DNA from: Eledone cirrhosa
Taxonomy: Eukaryota
DNA length: 64,000 bases
Direction of reading: 5' to 3'
Assembly (NCBI GenBank): GCA_964016885.1
Contig: OZ024741.1
Coordinates: forward strand, 75,454,001-75,518,000
Under the pieces are notes generated by a model. That model did not search any database. It was not told the DNA's origin and saw only the letters and a program-made list of their open reading frames with translations. Below, in pieces: positions 12,621 through 26,429 of this stretch (positions are counted from its first letter, which is position 1; every line of letters begins with the position of its first letter). The position numbers were made by a program, and so were the translations under genes.

Positions 12621-13628
12621 ATATATACAGAAGGAAAGACACTCCAACCTAGTACAATCTGTAAAGTGCTAGTGTCCATACTGCAATAAAATACACCTTG
12701 TCCATTCAAAAAGTGGTAGTGCTAATGTCACAAAAAAGACGCCCATGCTGATGTAATAAAAAACACACCCATCACACCCTGTAAGGTAGTTGGTGTTAGG
12801 AAAGACATCCAGTCATAGAAACCACATCCAATCAAATACCAGCATGGAAAGGGGACATAAAATGATGATGATGATGGCAATATCTGTATTTAGTTGTTTG
12901 ATCAACTGAACTGCTTCTTCATTGAACTCTGGTATAAGTGGTTGGATATTCCACAGACATATGCATGCCTTTAATTCTTTACATATTGTAATGATTTAGA
13001 AGAGAATTTTCAAAAACAGATTTATTAATTGAAATGTTTCTAGAATTTTTATTCACTAATGTAAAGATCATTATGAAAATTTGTAGCATTAAAGTAAAGA
13101 CTTTTAATGTGATACAGTCACAATACACTTTTATACTTTTCAAGAATATGTTGCTCATTTGATTTTATGTGATACAGGATGTTAAGAGTTAATGTAATTA
13201 TCAGAGAGAAACAGTGTCATATAGGGTTGCACCTTTGAATTATTACAGGTACAGTCCATCCAATGGGCTTCTACACAGTTTCCGTTTACCAAATTTCACT
13301 CACAAAGTTTGAGTCAATCCAAAGTAAAAGACATTTGCCTCAGATATTATGGAGAGGGATCAAACTGGAGACCATGTGGTTGCAAAGCTAACCATTCAGC
13401 CATGCTGCATCCATTGCAGTCACACTCATACAGACTCTCTTGTTATTTCCCACTCCTTCAAAATACAAATAAAGACATGCAACATATTTTTGTTTCCACA
13501 AGACAAAATGTTTACATTGAAATTTGTTTATTTTCTTTATTTTTGTTGAGCTTTATGTTTAAAATATGTATGTATAAATGTATATGCAAGTCCCATTCTC
13601 CCTCTCTCTCTTTATATGTGTACATGTG

Positions 13629-13659
<31 letters not shown>

Positions 13660-14390
13660 GTAGACATGTGTGTGCCTATAAATTAATATATATGTGTGTC
13701 ATGTCAGTATGTATATATATGAGAGTCATGTCTATGTGATATATATTGATGTTGATGAGTATTCAGAAGTTCAATCAACTGAATGTCCAACTTGTGAAAT
13801 AATCTGTAAGTGGTTGAGTATTCCACTAACACATGTACCCTTAATGTAATTTCCATATAATTGAACTTATAAACCATTCAACCATGCCTATATCCACACA
13901 CAAACACATACATTGGACTGGTAATTTATTTATCAACCTCAAATAGAGGAAATGCAAAGTTGATCTTAGAGTACAGTGAGCTGGATCAAAATAACGAGAC
14001 ATTTTCATCCAACGCCCTAATGATCGGGCAAATTTTCTGCCTCATAAATATATATAAATATATCTGTACACACACATATACAAAGATGCATTTTCTTCAT
14101 AGAACAAAACTCCAGAGGTAACAGTCATCAAAAGAAAAGAATTTTTCATTTCATGTGTTCAAGGTTGGCAGGGTGTACCATGTATGAAGTTATATCCCTG
14201 TTGGTTTTGTGTTAATCCCCACGTGAAGTGGTTGTCAGTGTATTTGACTGTACAAATATATGCTATAATATATTCCTTTATTGTTTTATGGATTTGAGTG
14301 ATTAGACTGAAACCTTTTTGTGCCACTGGAAGGAACTTAGTTGATCATAATTTTTATCGATCTTTATTTGTTAGACTACTAGGTTACAGG

Positions 14391-17300
14391 ACATTTCATT
14401 TCATTTCATTTCATTTGAGTTTGAGTCCATGCTCAGGCCAAGTCGAAGACTCCACCCTCAGAGTCTGGTGTGGTTGCCAGGTTGGATTCTCTGTTTAATT
14501 TTGACATGTGTAGGAGCGAGTTTGAGTCAGTTTGTGCTCGTTGTGTATATCCTGGGAGATGGGGTTCATTTCTAATGGTGCTTAAGTATCTATCCAGCTG
14601 CAATTTGAATGATTCCACACTGCATCCTGATAGATTTCTGACATGTACCGGGATGGAGTTGAATAGTTGTGCCCCTCGAACCAACAGACTTGACTCTCGC
14701 AGGGTTTTTGCTGCCTGGCCAGCCTTTTTGTTGATTGGTGGTAGCTGGCAGTGTCTTCCGTGGCACAGTGAGTGGTAGGTTTTGATACCAAAGTTTGGCG
14801 CCTTTTGCTCTATCATTTTCCAAATGTATATAATTCGGTATCGCTCAAATCTTCTTTCTATTGAGTACATCTTCAAGGTTTTGAGTCTTTGCCAAAAGTC
14901 CAGGTCCCTCGTTTCTGAGAAGTATGAGGTAAAATTTCTTTGGAGCGATTCCATCTTAGATAGTTGGCCCTTTGTTGTTGGTGACCACAACTGAGAACAG
15001 TAGTCAATCCTCGGAAGTATCATACTGTTCCAGAGGGTTTTCATTGTTGAGGTATCTCTTGATTTGAAGGTGCGCAAGATCCACCCGCTGTACTTTCTTG
15101 CAGTAAGACAGACTGAGTCAAGGTGTTCTCTGAATTTTAGGCTGGTTGCCATGTGGATGCCTAAATCTTTCACACACTGTTTTTCCATTATTTGTTGTCC
15201 TGATGGGTTTCTGTAGTTTGTTGTATTTTTCAGATCTTGATCTGTTCCGTAGCGAATTAGTTCAAACTTCTTATCATTGAACAACATGTTTGTTTCCTGC
15301 CATTTGTATATGGTGGTCAGGTCCTTTTGTAAGGCCTCTGTATCCACCTCGTCTTTGATTTGTCTCATGATCCTGGTGTCATCAGCAAAGGATGAGACGT
15401 TGCTGGTTGTATCTTCATCTATGTCAGAGATGAGGATGAGAAACAGGATCGGGCCGAGTACTGTACCCTGAGGAACACTGCTGGTCACAGGTGATGGTGT
15501 TGAATGGGTTCCATTCACAGTGACTGTTTGAGTTCTATTTGTAAGGAACTCATGTATCCATGTACCAACTTTTCCTCCTACTCCTAGCTTTCGAAGTTTG
15601 TGTCCCAGGATGCCATGATCTACCTTGTCAAATGTCTTGGCAAAGTCGAGGTAAATAACATCTGTGTTGTATCCATTCTCTAGATTTTCTAGGATTTGGT
15701 CATGGTGTGCCAGTAGTTGGGAAAGACATGATCTACCTAACCTGAATCCATGCTGGTTGCAATTCATCAGATTGTAGGATTCCAGGAACTCAACCAGTTT
15801 TCCACGAACTATTCTTTCGAAGACCTTGATAATGTGTGATGTCAGTGAGATTGGTCGGTAGTCTTTGGTTTTGATTTGCTGTCCCCTTTATGTATTGGAG
15901 TTATGTGTGCTTCTTTATATGTATTTGGTATTTTGCCATTCTCCATAGATTCCTTCCATATCATGTAAAGGGGTTTCAACAATTGTACCTTGCAGTTTTT
16001 AAGTATCATGGCATTGAAACCATCAGGCCCCGCAGCCGAGTGCATGGAGAGCTTGTCTATGGCTCTTTCTATGTCTTCTGGGTTGAAATCAATGTCGGAT
16101 AGGGTAGGTTTAGTATGGTCGATATCCTTGAAGAATTCTCCTGGGTCATGGATCTTCATGGTTTTAGATGGCTCACTGAAGACACTTTCATACTGTTGAC
16201 CCAACATTTCTGCCATTTCAATAGGGTTATTCACTACATCCCCATTTTGTCTCTGGAGAGGTCCTATTGTTGACTTGGTATTCGAGTATTTCTTTGCAAA
16301 ACTGTAGAAACATTTTGGATTTTTCTTGATGTTTTCTATGGCTCTCTTTTCTGCATTGTTACGTTCTTCATCATAGTGTTGTTTTAGATTGTCTTCTAAT
16401 CTGTATATTTGGTCAAGGACTTTCTGTAGTTCATGTTTTGATGTCAGCTTAGATGTTTTGTTTCTTAGTCTTGACCTTTTGCGCATCAGGATCTTTCGCT
16501 CCCGTGGTACAGGTTTTTTGTGGATTTGGTTTTCTTAAGAGGAATATTTTTTGCACATATTTCTTCGATCTTGTTTAAGAATTTCTTGTGTTTATCTGGC
16601 CCAGTAAGGTAGAGATCCCAGTCAATGATTTGTAACTGGTTGTTAATAGTTTCCCAATTTGCCTGGTGATAATCATACCTGCATAGCTTTGGCATGTCCT
16701 TTTGTTTAAGAGTTGTGGCATTGGGCTCATTACCAATGTGTAAATGCATTTCAATAATATTGTGGTCTGAAAGGATTGTTGGGGTTGAGTGAAGGTCAAA
16801 TAGCGTGTCCTCGTTGTTGGTGAAAACCAAGTCGATCGTATTATTATTTCTAGTTGCTTCTGTCATCATTTGTTTGAGGTATAATTTCTCTGTGACTTCC
16901 AACAGTTTGGCTGCCTGTATTTGTTCAGCTTTTGTCCCCAGTTTTAGTATGTGTCCATGTGGCCAGATGATGTTAGGGAAGTTGAAGTCACCAAGGAGGA
17001 TAATGTCTGGCATTGGACTCACCATGTTTCCCAGAATTTGTTGGAGCTTTGTCAGTGGCTCAGTGAAGGATAATGTTGGGCTGTTTGGCGGTCTGTACAT
17101 TATTGTTACAACTGTATTAAGTTGGATGATTTTTATGCACAGCAGGTTGCAGTAGGCATTTGATTCATTGACAAGTTCTATGCATGCATAGGTATCATGG
17201 ATATACATGATAACGCCCCCATGGGATCTGCCTTGTCTATCACATCTGAAGATGTTGAATCCATTGATTGAGATTTCGCTGTTGCGGATGTTTTCGTTGA

Positions 17301-18560
17301 GATGACTTTCAGTAATTCCAATTATTTTGAAGTTGTTTTCTGTTGCTAATTCTTCCAAGAAAGGGACTTTACACTGTTTTGTTTTCGGATAAAGACCCTG
17401 GATATTTGCTGTTATTATGCTTGTTGTACCGGATACATCTGCCCTATTGTTGGCAAGACTGTTGTAGTTGCTGGGACTGTGCTGACTGGATATTCGGTCT
17501 GCTAGGCTGTCTGTATTTGTTGTATGTGCCCTGTAAGTCCAGGTGTCAGCCTTTGTATCAATGTTGCCTGGTTTTGCTGAGTCATCTGTATGGAGTACAG
17601 CTGTTGTTGTAGTTGGTAGATTATGCCTAAAAAACTGCTTTCATTCATTACTGTATCGAATTTCTGCGAGTTTGGGTTTGTTACAGCTGATGTGTGCAAT
17701 TGAGTAGCATGATTTTCATTCACTGTTGAGCCATGACCTGGTTTCTACATTTTTGGGAAATGGTTTTCATACCCTGCTGAGCTTGGTCCTGGTGGTGTGG
17801 GTTCAGTAGGTTTTATGCGAATTGTACCCTTCCGGTGCATAAATTTGCAATTCTCGTCAAAACATTCTTTTTTTCTCAGTGAATTGCGGCACATCTTTGG
17901 GTGAAGGAGTTCACATTCTCGGCCATTTTGGCATCCTTTTTTTCGATCAGTACCGAAGTTGATATATGGTTTGCATGGTTTGGGGTGACTGTACGTGCAC
18001 CCTTTACCTGAAAGACCATGTTTGCACTTGTTGCTCCTGTAATGGATACATACTGGCCTTTCTTCATTTGAGCGTTTGCTCTGAATCTGTTTCTTTTCGT
18101 GGGAAGTTTGGTCTTTTTCTGCAGGATCTCCTGTTTCTTGTTTTGTAGGTGTTTGCATGTCATTGTCTTCATTCTTGTCATTTACAAGAGGCACTTGGAT
18201 GGCCTGTGTGTGGCAGGATTTATTTGCCATGTCAGTTTTGCCAATCAATGTCTGTTTAGAACGGCCTGTCTGTGGTAGGGTCCTAGGTTCATTCGTTATT
18301 GTGGCCCTTGGTGAACAATAACCGCATAGCCAGTGTAGGCCTAGAATATCTGGAATGGTGTGGTTATTTATCTTTTTTAAGTAGCACGCTTTGTGTATTC
18401 CTTGTCCACAGATGAAGCATGCCAAAGCTGGTTTTTGGCCAAATGTAATGCAGTACTGTTTGTCACACATTTTGCAAGTCTCCGGGAGGAAGTTTTCAAT
18501 CCTTGTTATAATCCAGTTGGTGAGGTTTGATTTTGTGAGCTCAACTTGAACACCATGTAC
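14391..18560 (-). mobile_element. CR1/L2-group LINE with ORF1 (5'-truncated) and frameshifted APE-RT ORF2, very short 3' UTR, (AAATG)n tail
   Basis: Collinear ORFs: 17745-18584 (ORF1), 16486-17358 (APE: ITESHL, RCDR..RSHGGV, MYRPP, LGDFNFP, IDLVFTN, SDH), 15842-16486, and 14433-15767 (RT: QHGFR, YLDFAKTFDKVDH, VPQGTVLGPILF, FADD, KDLG). The (CATTT)n tail is at 14391-14416. Confidence 0.93.
17745..18560 (-). CDS. LINE ORF1 fragment with PHD-like finger and tandem Cys/His fingers
   Basis: CKMC..C...CFIC.QGIHKAC...WLCGYC, then CIHYRSNKCKHG...CTYSH, CKPY...CQNGRECELLH and CRNS...CFDENCKFMH. Confidence 0.8.
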   Translation of the reverse strand, partial: VHGVQVELTKSNLTNWIITRIENFLPETCKMCDKQYCITFGQKPALACFICGQGIHKACYLKKINNHTIPDILGLHWLCGYCSPRATITNEPRTLPQTGRSKQTLIGKTDMANKSCHTQAIQVPLVNDKNEDNDMQTPTKQETGDPAEKDQTSHEKKQIQSKRSNEERPVCIHYRSNKCKHGLSGKGCTYSHPKPCKPYINFGTDRKKGCQNGRECELLHPKMCRNSLRKKECFDENCKFMHRKGTIRIKPTEPTPPGPSSAGYENHFPKM

Positions 18561-18843
18561 AAAGACACACACAGACACGTACAATGATAATGATATATAT
18601 ATATATTTAACTTAAATCTGCTTTCCAAACAAGTAGACTCCAATCGATCCTTTAAGTCTCTCATAGGGATACTCGCTTGATAATGGGTTTTTAAACCTGA
18701 AAATATTTGGAATAATTAAATTTGCTAAGGTAAAATTCTTTTATCTTATCAATTTTAATTTTCTTTCTACTATTGCATTGTATGGTTTTCAAAATTATTT
18801 AAATTTGTGTTTCCTATTTAAAAATGCTTCAAGCAAACTACAA

Positions 18844-18929
<86 letters not shown>

Positions 18930-19067
18930 AGAATCAAAGCTATGTTCAAAGCATTTATTCACTTACAATTGTTTCATCCAAACCTAGGATTGCAGTCTTC
19001 AGAGCATTTTTCAATGTTTGTACACATAATTGACCTCCTTTCCAACGCAAGAGACATACAGATACAT

Positions 19068-19575
19068 ATCATCATCATCATCATCATCAACGTTTAACGT
19101 CCGTGTTCCACGCTTGCATGGGTTTGGACGGGGGTAGTCCCACTTGAGGCAAGAGTGATTGTCTTGCTCGCATAGGACTGTCTGGCAGGTTTTCTACAGT
19201 TGGATGCCCTTCCTAACACCAACCACATTTACAGTGTGGGTCTGGGAGGTTTTTACCGTGTTGCCTACACGGCCACATTACAGCGTGGACTGTGTGTTTT
19301 TTGTCGTGACACCTACACGATCTCATTTGTTTCGGCCTCGATGGCGCGGCACCAACATAACTTTACATAGAACGGGGTGGTGTGGATGGGGTGGGGGTGG
19401 GGGTGGTGGGACGGGGTGTATTTTGTTAGAGATGCCTACTGGCTGGAGTAGGTTTTACTATATATTTAGGTAAGGCGGGTCTTCTCTGTTACTGAGTACC
19501 GCCAAAGGTCTCGGTCCAGTGACATTGTCTTGGAGAGGTGTAAGTGTGTGATGTCGGAGTTTATCAGCTCGACAT
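19068..19575 (-). mobile_element. RTE lineage B, 3'-terminal 500 bp
   Basis: Almost identical to 45838-46350. (CAT)n tail on the plus strand, and the 5' break sits at a (TA)n tract. Confidence 0.92.
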
Positions 19576-20179
19576 CACACATATATATATATATATATTG
19601 ATATACAGTGGAGTGGCATATATTATACTATACTGTTTTTGTACAGCAATTCAAATTCAAAATCAAAATCAAAATCAAAATTAAAATAAAACTCAAAATT
19701 AAAATACATTCGGCAGATAACACAGATAATGCAAGAGGATAGTTTGATAGTCAGATCTAGTAGGTAGTGTATGTGTTAGTTACACGTGGCGCATGCAAGT
19801 GTGTCACATTTTTATACTATTATTGTGTGGCAGGGTGTTACACGTAATGCAAGCACTTTAAGCAGGTAAGCAAGATTATTATGGTGGTTGTAGTGGTAAG
19901 GTATTTTTTGTATAGAACAAAAAAGTATGTGTGGAGAAAAATAAAAATAAAAAGAAGAAGCAAAAGAAAGTTATGGTTTTCGTATTCACCATCATTTTCA
20001 CATACTTCCAGGTAATAAACCGCTGTAAATTCTCGCAGCAGAATCAACCTATTCTATAAACTTGGATTAAATAACACTGAGCCTCAATACATAATTTATT
20101 TTAATGCATCAAACATTCAATACGGAATCATCCTTACTTATGTGATGGATGTAGAAACTATATCTTACCTTTTCTGAAT

Positions 20180-20526
20180 GTGAAAATGACTGTCGATCAT
20201 GTGTTTTCCTCTCTGATGTTGCTTCGTAGTCGAATCCTGAATCTTCCAATTCCTTTCTGACCTTTTCCACCATTCTCCTTCTGATGCTGAGAAAGTCTGA
20301 AATTTCCTTATTTGTCCTCCCGGCGCAGATCCAAGAAGTTCCAAGAAGAACTCCGTGTCACTTCCACAAATTTGTAGGTTCAAAATTATTCATAATCAAT
20401 TATTCTGAAAATAAATAATGGAAATATAGTCACTGTTTTTATGAAGACAAGAGTGACAACGGAAGCAAAAAAAAATTGCATAAAATTAGCAGTTGAAAAT
20501 TGCGAACAAATATCGTCCACACCCTG
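20180..20526 (-). mobile_element. Tc1/mariner-superfamily transposon left end (DD37D/maT-like), truncated
   Basis: Reverse strand starts TA|CAGGGTGTGGACGATA. It encodes MNNFEPTNLWK*HGVLLG...ICAGRTNKEISDFLSIRRRMVEKVRKELEDSGFDYEATSERKTH, an N-terminal HTH-like segment. No right TIR was found, and the subfamily call is tentative. Confidence 0.6.
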
Positions 20527-20537
20527 TATATATATAT

Positions 20538-20947
20538 ATATTTATTAAAATAACAGATTAAAGTTTAAGCAAAGAATCGCTGCTTTCACCCTTAACAGGA
20601 TCTTCTGAAACTAAAAAAATCAATCTGTGAACGCAGAAGTAAATATTCTATTTAAATAGAATAGTAGTCTATGACTTCATTTATACTATAAACGTGGTTT
20701 TGTCTTTACGTGTAATTGTTCTCATCACTCCACATAATGACGTATTATCTTCGCTTTTTTTCCGTTCATTGCCAGGGAACATCTCCACAAACTAAAGTAT
20801 CGTCTTCCTGTTTTCCTTCGGTTGCAACATTTTTCGAAATATTTACTTCTGCGTTCACAGATTAATCTTTTCAGTTTCAGAAGATCCCGTTATGGGTGAA
20901 AGCAGCGATTCTTTGCTTAAACTTTAATCTGTTATTTTAATAAATAT
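20538..20947. repeat. inverted repeat with about 110-bp arms (20538-20648 / 20838-20947), probable PLE terminal fragment
   Basis: ATATTTATTAAAATAACAGATTAAAGTTTAAGCAAAGAATCGCTGCTTTCACCC... is the reverse complement of ...GGGTGAAAGCAGCGATTCTTTGCTTAAACTTTAATCTGTTATTTTAATAAATAT. Flanked by (TA)n. Confidence 0.9.
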
Positions 20948-21030
20948 TTGCTCTACGGTTCTTATATACTTGATATATATTTATCCTTATCGAGCCCTCT
21001 TTGGGTTTTAGTCTTCAAATTTATTATTAT

Positions 21031-21090
<60 letters not shown>

Positions 21091-21149
21091 ATATATATGT
21101 ATATATATATATATATATACACACTGTAAATGTATATTTAGATATATAT

Positions 21150-21450
21150 AGTCGCTCTCCGACAGGTTTGCGGTCATGCCCTTGGCTGTGGAGACTTCTG
21201 GTATCCTCGGCCCTAGATCTACCTCCCTACTCACCACCATAGGCGCTGAGCTGGCCAGCCGCAGGTGTGAGCCTCAGGAGTTGGAATGGCTTTTCCAGCG
21301 AATCTCCCTTACCATCCTCCAGAGAAACGCCTTCTCCATTCTGTCCGCCAGGGCTGTGGGTAGGCCAGCACGTGGGACCCCATTTGCTCACCATACTGAG
21401 AGATGGGGAGGGCATAAAAAAATTACATACATTCTCAAAAAAAAAAAGAA
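21150..21450 (+). mobile_element. CRE-clade non-LTR retrotransposon 3' end
   Basis: PLAVETSGILGP...IGAELASRRCEPQELEWLFQRISLTILQRNAFSIL matches the CRE restriction-like endonuclease terminus (AVETxG...LxQRIS.AIQRGNA). Followed by an A-rich tail, with (TA)n at the 5' break. Confidence 0.75.
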
Positions 21451-22295
21451 ACATCAATGGGAAAAAAACTCAAAAACAAACAGCAACAGAGGGTAAAAAA
21501 AAGGAAAGAAAATGTAAGCAAACATGCTTACTAGACTACACTCAACCAGAAATATTTGTGTTTTTCTCATATCATTCACATGGTGATAGCTGGTGTAAGT
21601 CGTTGGAATAGCCAAGCACTCTCACTAGCATTTACTGATACTTCAGTAAGACAAGTCTGCAATAATTATAGTGATCATGATTTATAAAGTAAACAAATCG
21701 GTTAATAAAAAAAAGTCACAAAGAAGACATGTACACTCAATTACACAATCTGTTTATGTATAGACAGTATATAGAGAGAAATACACAAAGAGGTATGTGT
21801 TCAATCGAGCTTCTTAAGATGAATGGTTCTCAGCTGCTATTTTTAGGAGTCTTTTGATCCATTCACACCACCATGGGCTATATTTCCTCTTTTCACCATG
21901 TGCGTATATTGGTTATTTAATATATTTTTAGAAGAGTAGATCATATCGTTGGTCCACCTGTTGATAAGCCCTCTATGGGATGGAATCTACACTTTTTTTT
22001 GTGGCGAAACATGCTACAGAGCATGTCCAGATGTTATAGTTATTATTGGATGGTCTGTACATTTTAATTTATTCTTTTAATTGATCCGTATTCTCCTTTC
22101 TTTTCGAAGACAATATGTTCTTCACTCTGGTGATTCTCTATCCCCTGTGATTGAACACATACCTCTTTGTGTATTTCTCTCTAAATGTTTTATAAAGAGT
22201 CTGGAATCTATTCCTTGAGCTCATTAAATTATAGAGGATTAACGTGAGTCTTTAACTCCATTTTTTAATTTGATATATATATATGTATATACATA

Positions 22296-22345
22296 CACTG
22301 AGGTGCTGAAAAGTTCCTGGCTTTGGGTAAATGAAAATACAAGAG
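22296..22345 (+). mobile_element. mariner-type TIR remnant
   Basis: GAGGTGCTGAAAAGTTCCTGG resembles the TIR of the 49783 element (CGAGGTGTGTCAGAAAAGTTCCAGG). Confidence 0.45.
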
Positions 22346-22559
22346 GATCAGTTTCGTTTTCATTTCTTGCTAAGTGCCTTTTCGACATCTAGAAAATACA
22401 TTGTTAAGCCACAAAAATAAACACACCAGATTATTCACGTCAAACACTTTGCATAGTTATAGGTATATCATTTGCTTTATACATATACTCATTATCTGTT
22501 TAAAATTATATTTACAACTGAATGGGACAATCATATAAGAGTGCTCAATTATTTACAAC

Positions 22560-25500
22560 TTACGTAATTATTGAATATAATCAAATAAAGTTATGTAAAA
22601 AAATTACATAAAGGATTATCATTCTCACAGTGAATATGTGTGCCATACCAGTTAAAACAATTGTTTGCATTTCTTGCAGTGATGGTAAGCCAGGGATCAT
22701 TTTCAAATAACTTCCTATTCCGTTTTTGATCATTCCAAGTACTCCTACAATCATTGGTATCGTAACCACCTTGAGATGCCACATTTTTTTCTATTTCAAT
22801 AAGGAAATCTTTATATTTTCTGAGCTTGTCAAAGTCTTTTGACACAATATTGTGATCATATATGATATTCATGTCAATCAATAAACAGACTTTGTTATTT
22901 TGGTCTTTTACAATAATATCCGGTTTATTAGTTTTCATCGTTCTGTCTGTATGTACAGGAAAGTCTCAAAGAATTCTTACATTATCGCCATCATGTACAG
23001 CCTCAGGGTGATGTTTATATCACTTATCAGCAATTTTGATTTTATAATGCTGACATATTAACCAATGTGGATATTGGTCAACTCTGTAATGCTTTCATTT
23101 ATACTCTACTGGTGCTAAAACTGAGCTACATAACCACTGATAGTACATATTTGCCATGCAGAGGTTTCTGCTCTCTCCTTGATGCTAATTGTTCATAGGC
23201 TTTTATCTTAATTATTAATCTTTCCTTCCTTTGCAACAAGAGTTGCCACAACTCCCTTGGTCTGCCCAGCCTGGATATCAGTCATGAAATCAGTAGCAAA
23301 TGTTTTGTTCTCTTTCAAAATAGAACGAAGCTTCTTACTCCTCTCATGTTTTTCAACAAGTTTCTGCATTCAGTCATTAGTTGTTTCAAGATATTTGGCC
23401 AGTCCAATTGTGGTGGTTTTGTAAGGCAGTTCAAACTGGATCAAGCCTCTGCCTCCTTGAGTTCTGGGAAGGTAAAGACAATCCACATCTGCCTTTTGGT
23501 GGTGCAACTTATGGATTTTTGTATTAATTCTCTTTATTCCACTGATATTCCAGTTCAACACATTGAAGCTATAACTAACAACTGGCACTGCTAAGGAATT
23601 TATGGTTAACACGTGTTATGTGCATTTAGCTCAGATTTCAGAACTGCTCTTACTCTCCTATAACATTCCTTCCTTATCTTTTCTTTTATATTTGCATGCT
23701 AAATGATGGAAACTTCATTTATAGATAAGTATTTATAGGTTTGTTCCTGCTCAAGTTCTTTTATAACTGTTTCAACATCTAATTTGACTGAATTTCGGTT
23801 TATCAATTTCCCTTTCTCGAAAGCGGTCTTGGCACATTTATCAAGCCCAAATTCCATACTGATGTCATCACTGAATGCTTTCACAGTATGTAAAAGGCCT
23901 TCAAACTCATCATTGTCTTTGCCATATAGTTTTAAGTCATCCATATGAAATAGGAGGCTTATTTTCCTGTTTTCAATTTTATAACCGTACCTTGTTCTGT
24001 TAAATTAAATTGTATAGGGTATTAGGGCTATGCTAAATATTAGCAGTGAATGTGTGTCACCTTGGAAAATGCCATAGTTGATGCTAATATTGTTCGAACT
24101 TAGTACTCCATTGGAATGATATAAATGGAGAGTTGTGTTCCACAATGACATATTATGTTTCAGAAAGTTTGAAATTACAGGAGAAATTTTGAAGGTATCC
24201 AACGATTTCAGAATCCATGGAAGTAGTATGCTGTCAAAAGCTTTTTTGTAATCAATCCATGTGGAACTTAGACAGTTCTCAAGGATCATATGATTAATTA
24301 AGAGTTGGTCCTTATATCCATATGAACCTCATCTGAACCCTTCTTGTTCAATAGGGAGATGTTTCTCTTCCATTAATGCTTGTTTTATTTTTTTCACGGG
24401 AATAAATGTTAAAAACTTATAAATGGTGGAAAAACAGGTTATGGGCCAAAGATCTTTGGTTTCCTTATACTTTGATAGTAGGTAAGTAATATCACTTACT
24501 ATCCATTCAGGTACTTTTTCAGGATCTTTCATAATTTCATTGAACAGCTGGATTAACTTTTGCTGTGCACACAAGAGCGATGAAAGCCAGAAATTTGGTA
24601 CCCTATCTTTACCAGATTTCCACTTATGAACCTTTGTGAGTGCCGTCCTTAGGTCTGCTATTGAGATGTCTTCCCATGCTTGTTCTTGGAAATTTTTGTA
24701 GGATTCTTCTGTGCATCTAATCCAATCTACATTTTTATTGTATGTCTTCTCATCACACCAAATCTTTCTCCAAAAATATTCAACTTCTTCTATGGAAGGG
24801 GGGGGGGGTCTTCAAAGGTTATTTTATCCTTCCCTAGTTCTCTGTAAAATGATTTGGCATTGGATGTGAACAACTTATATTGCTTGTAAAAATTGTTTCT
24901 CTTCTCAAATCTTCACATTCTTTGAGCTTTTACTTGAACTTTTTGTTTCAGTGTTTTCTCTGTTGATATCAGTTCTCTTTAAGAAAATCCATAATTTCCC
25001 TTTAACCTTTTTCCTTTTCTGGATCTTACATTATTTCCAGAGATTAGTTCATTTAATATTAATATTTCCCCTCTCCTTAATTCAATTTCTTTTTCAATTT
25101 TAATTTTCCCTTATGGCTTTCTTGTTAAGTTTGGTCTTCTTTGGTTTTTTTTTGTTGGTTTTTTTTTCGGTGGCATTACAGAATGCTTCAATTAATCAAT
25201 GAGATGTGTGAATAATTTCATTTAACTCAGAAAGATCAGGTTCTAATTCTTGTATATCTTTTGGTGCATACTTAACGATTTTTATTCCTTTATTATTTTA
25301 GTTTGTATTTGAGAGTTTTTGAAGTAGTTCTCTATTGCTTATACTTATATGTCTTACCACTGCAAACTCATTCAGATTTTTCTACTTTATTTTCATCATA
25401 GGCTCTCTGTGCTCTTCAGAAAATACTTTGTCTTCAAATTCTGTTTCTATCCCACTTTCATCAGGTTCATTAGAATTTCTTACTTCTTCAATCCTTTGCC

Positions 25501-25900
25501 TGATTTGGTCAGATTCCAATTAAGACTTGTGGCTGGCTACTCTCTTTATTTTATTCTTTATTTCCTTACTGTTTTATATTTAGGTCATTTAATTCTGTAT
25601 CTGTGAGTCTATTATTTCTGAAGATATCCCTCCTAACATTTTCTAAGCCGTTTTTATCCAAATAAGGTCTCCTATCTTGATTTCAGGTTCTCCATATTTT
25701 GTAAGAGCTTGCTGTGTGCCACTCTTGTGATGGCTTGCCTAATACATAGCAATAACCATATATTACTTCTTTATACCCTTCTCAGGTCTATTTGAGCCTG
25801 TCACATTTTTCTTTTTGTGGTGGTTGGGTGGTGAACGTGGGTGGCTTGATTTAGGGCAGTCCCCATTCAAGTGACTATCCGTTTTCTTTAGGAGACAGTG
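22560..25900 (-). mobile_element. R4/Dong-like non-LTR retrotransposon, long but degraded
   Basis: Collinear fragments: WPITCFSTIYK...EQEG, WIDYKKAFDS...GIFQGD, YMDDLKLY...MEFGLDKC...YKYL, INSLAVPVVSYSF...LYLPRTQGGRGL, and the endonuclease NKPDIIV...CLLID...KYKDFLIEIEKMWHLK..TIPMIVGVLG. Confidence 0.9.
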
Positions 25901-26429
25901 TAATAAGTTTTTCTTGGTCTGTGTAGTGAATCAGATCTATGAATCAGAGGTCATCTCAATCAGAGTTGACCTTGGGCTAAAGAACAACAACAAGAACTGG
26001 AACAAAAAAATAATGAGCCATAAATATTTCCTGAATGTCTTTGTATTGCTTTTGATATATAAAGTTTTGTGTAATGCTGTGGATATAAATGGCAAGTAGC
26101 TAATTATATATCGAAAACGGTCACAGTGTCGATTAACGAACAAATTTGGTTGAAATGTCAAGCAATATATTATAGTTTTGTATTCAATTAGAAGTTCTGT
26201 AGAGTTCTTCTAAAAGGCAATCATCTTAGTTCCTTGTGTTAATATACAAGTACCATGCAGGGCCATATTAGTCCTTTTGAGGCCTTAAGCACTTAAAAGT
26301 TTATAGTCCCCCACCTCACCTTCATATATAATGTCATTAAAAAATCCTGGGAGAATGACAAGTACATTTAACATGAAGAATATGATGAAGAAACCAAAAA
26401 CGAACCATACTGCATTGTCCTCCATGCAG

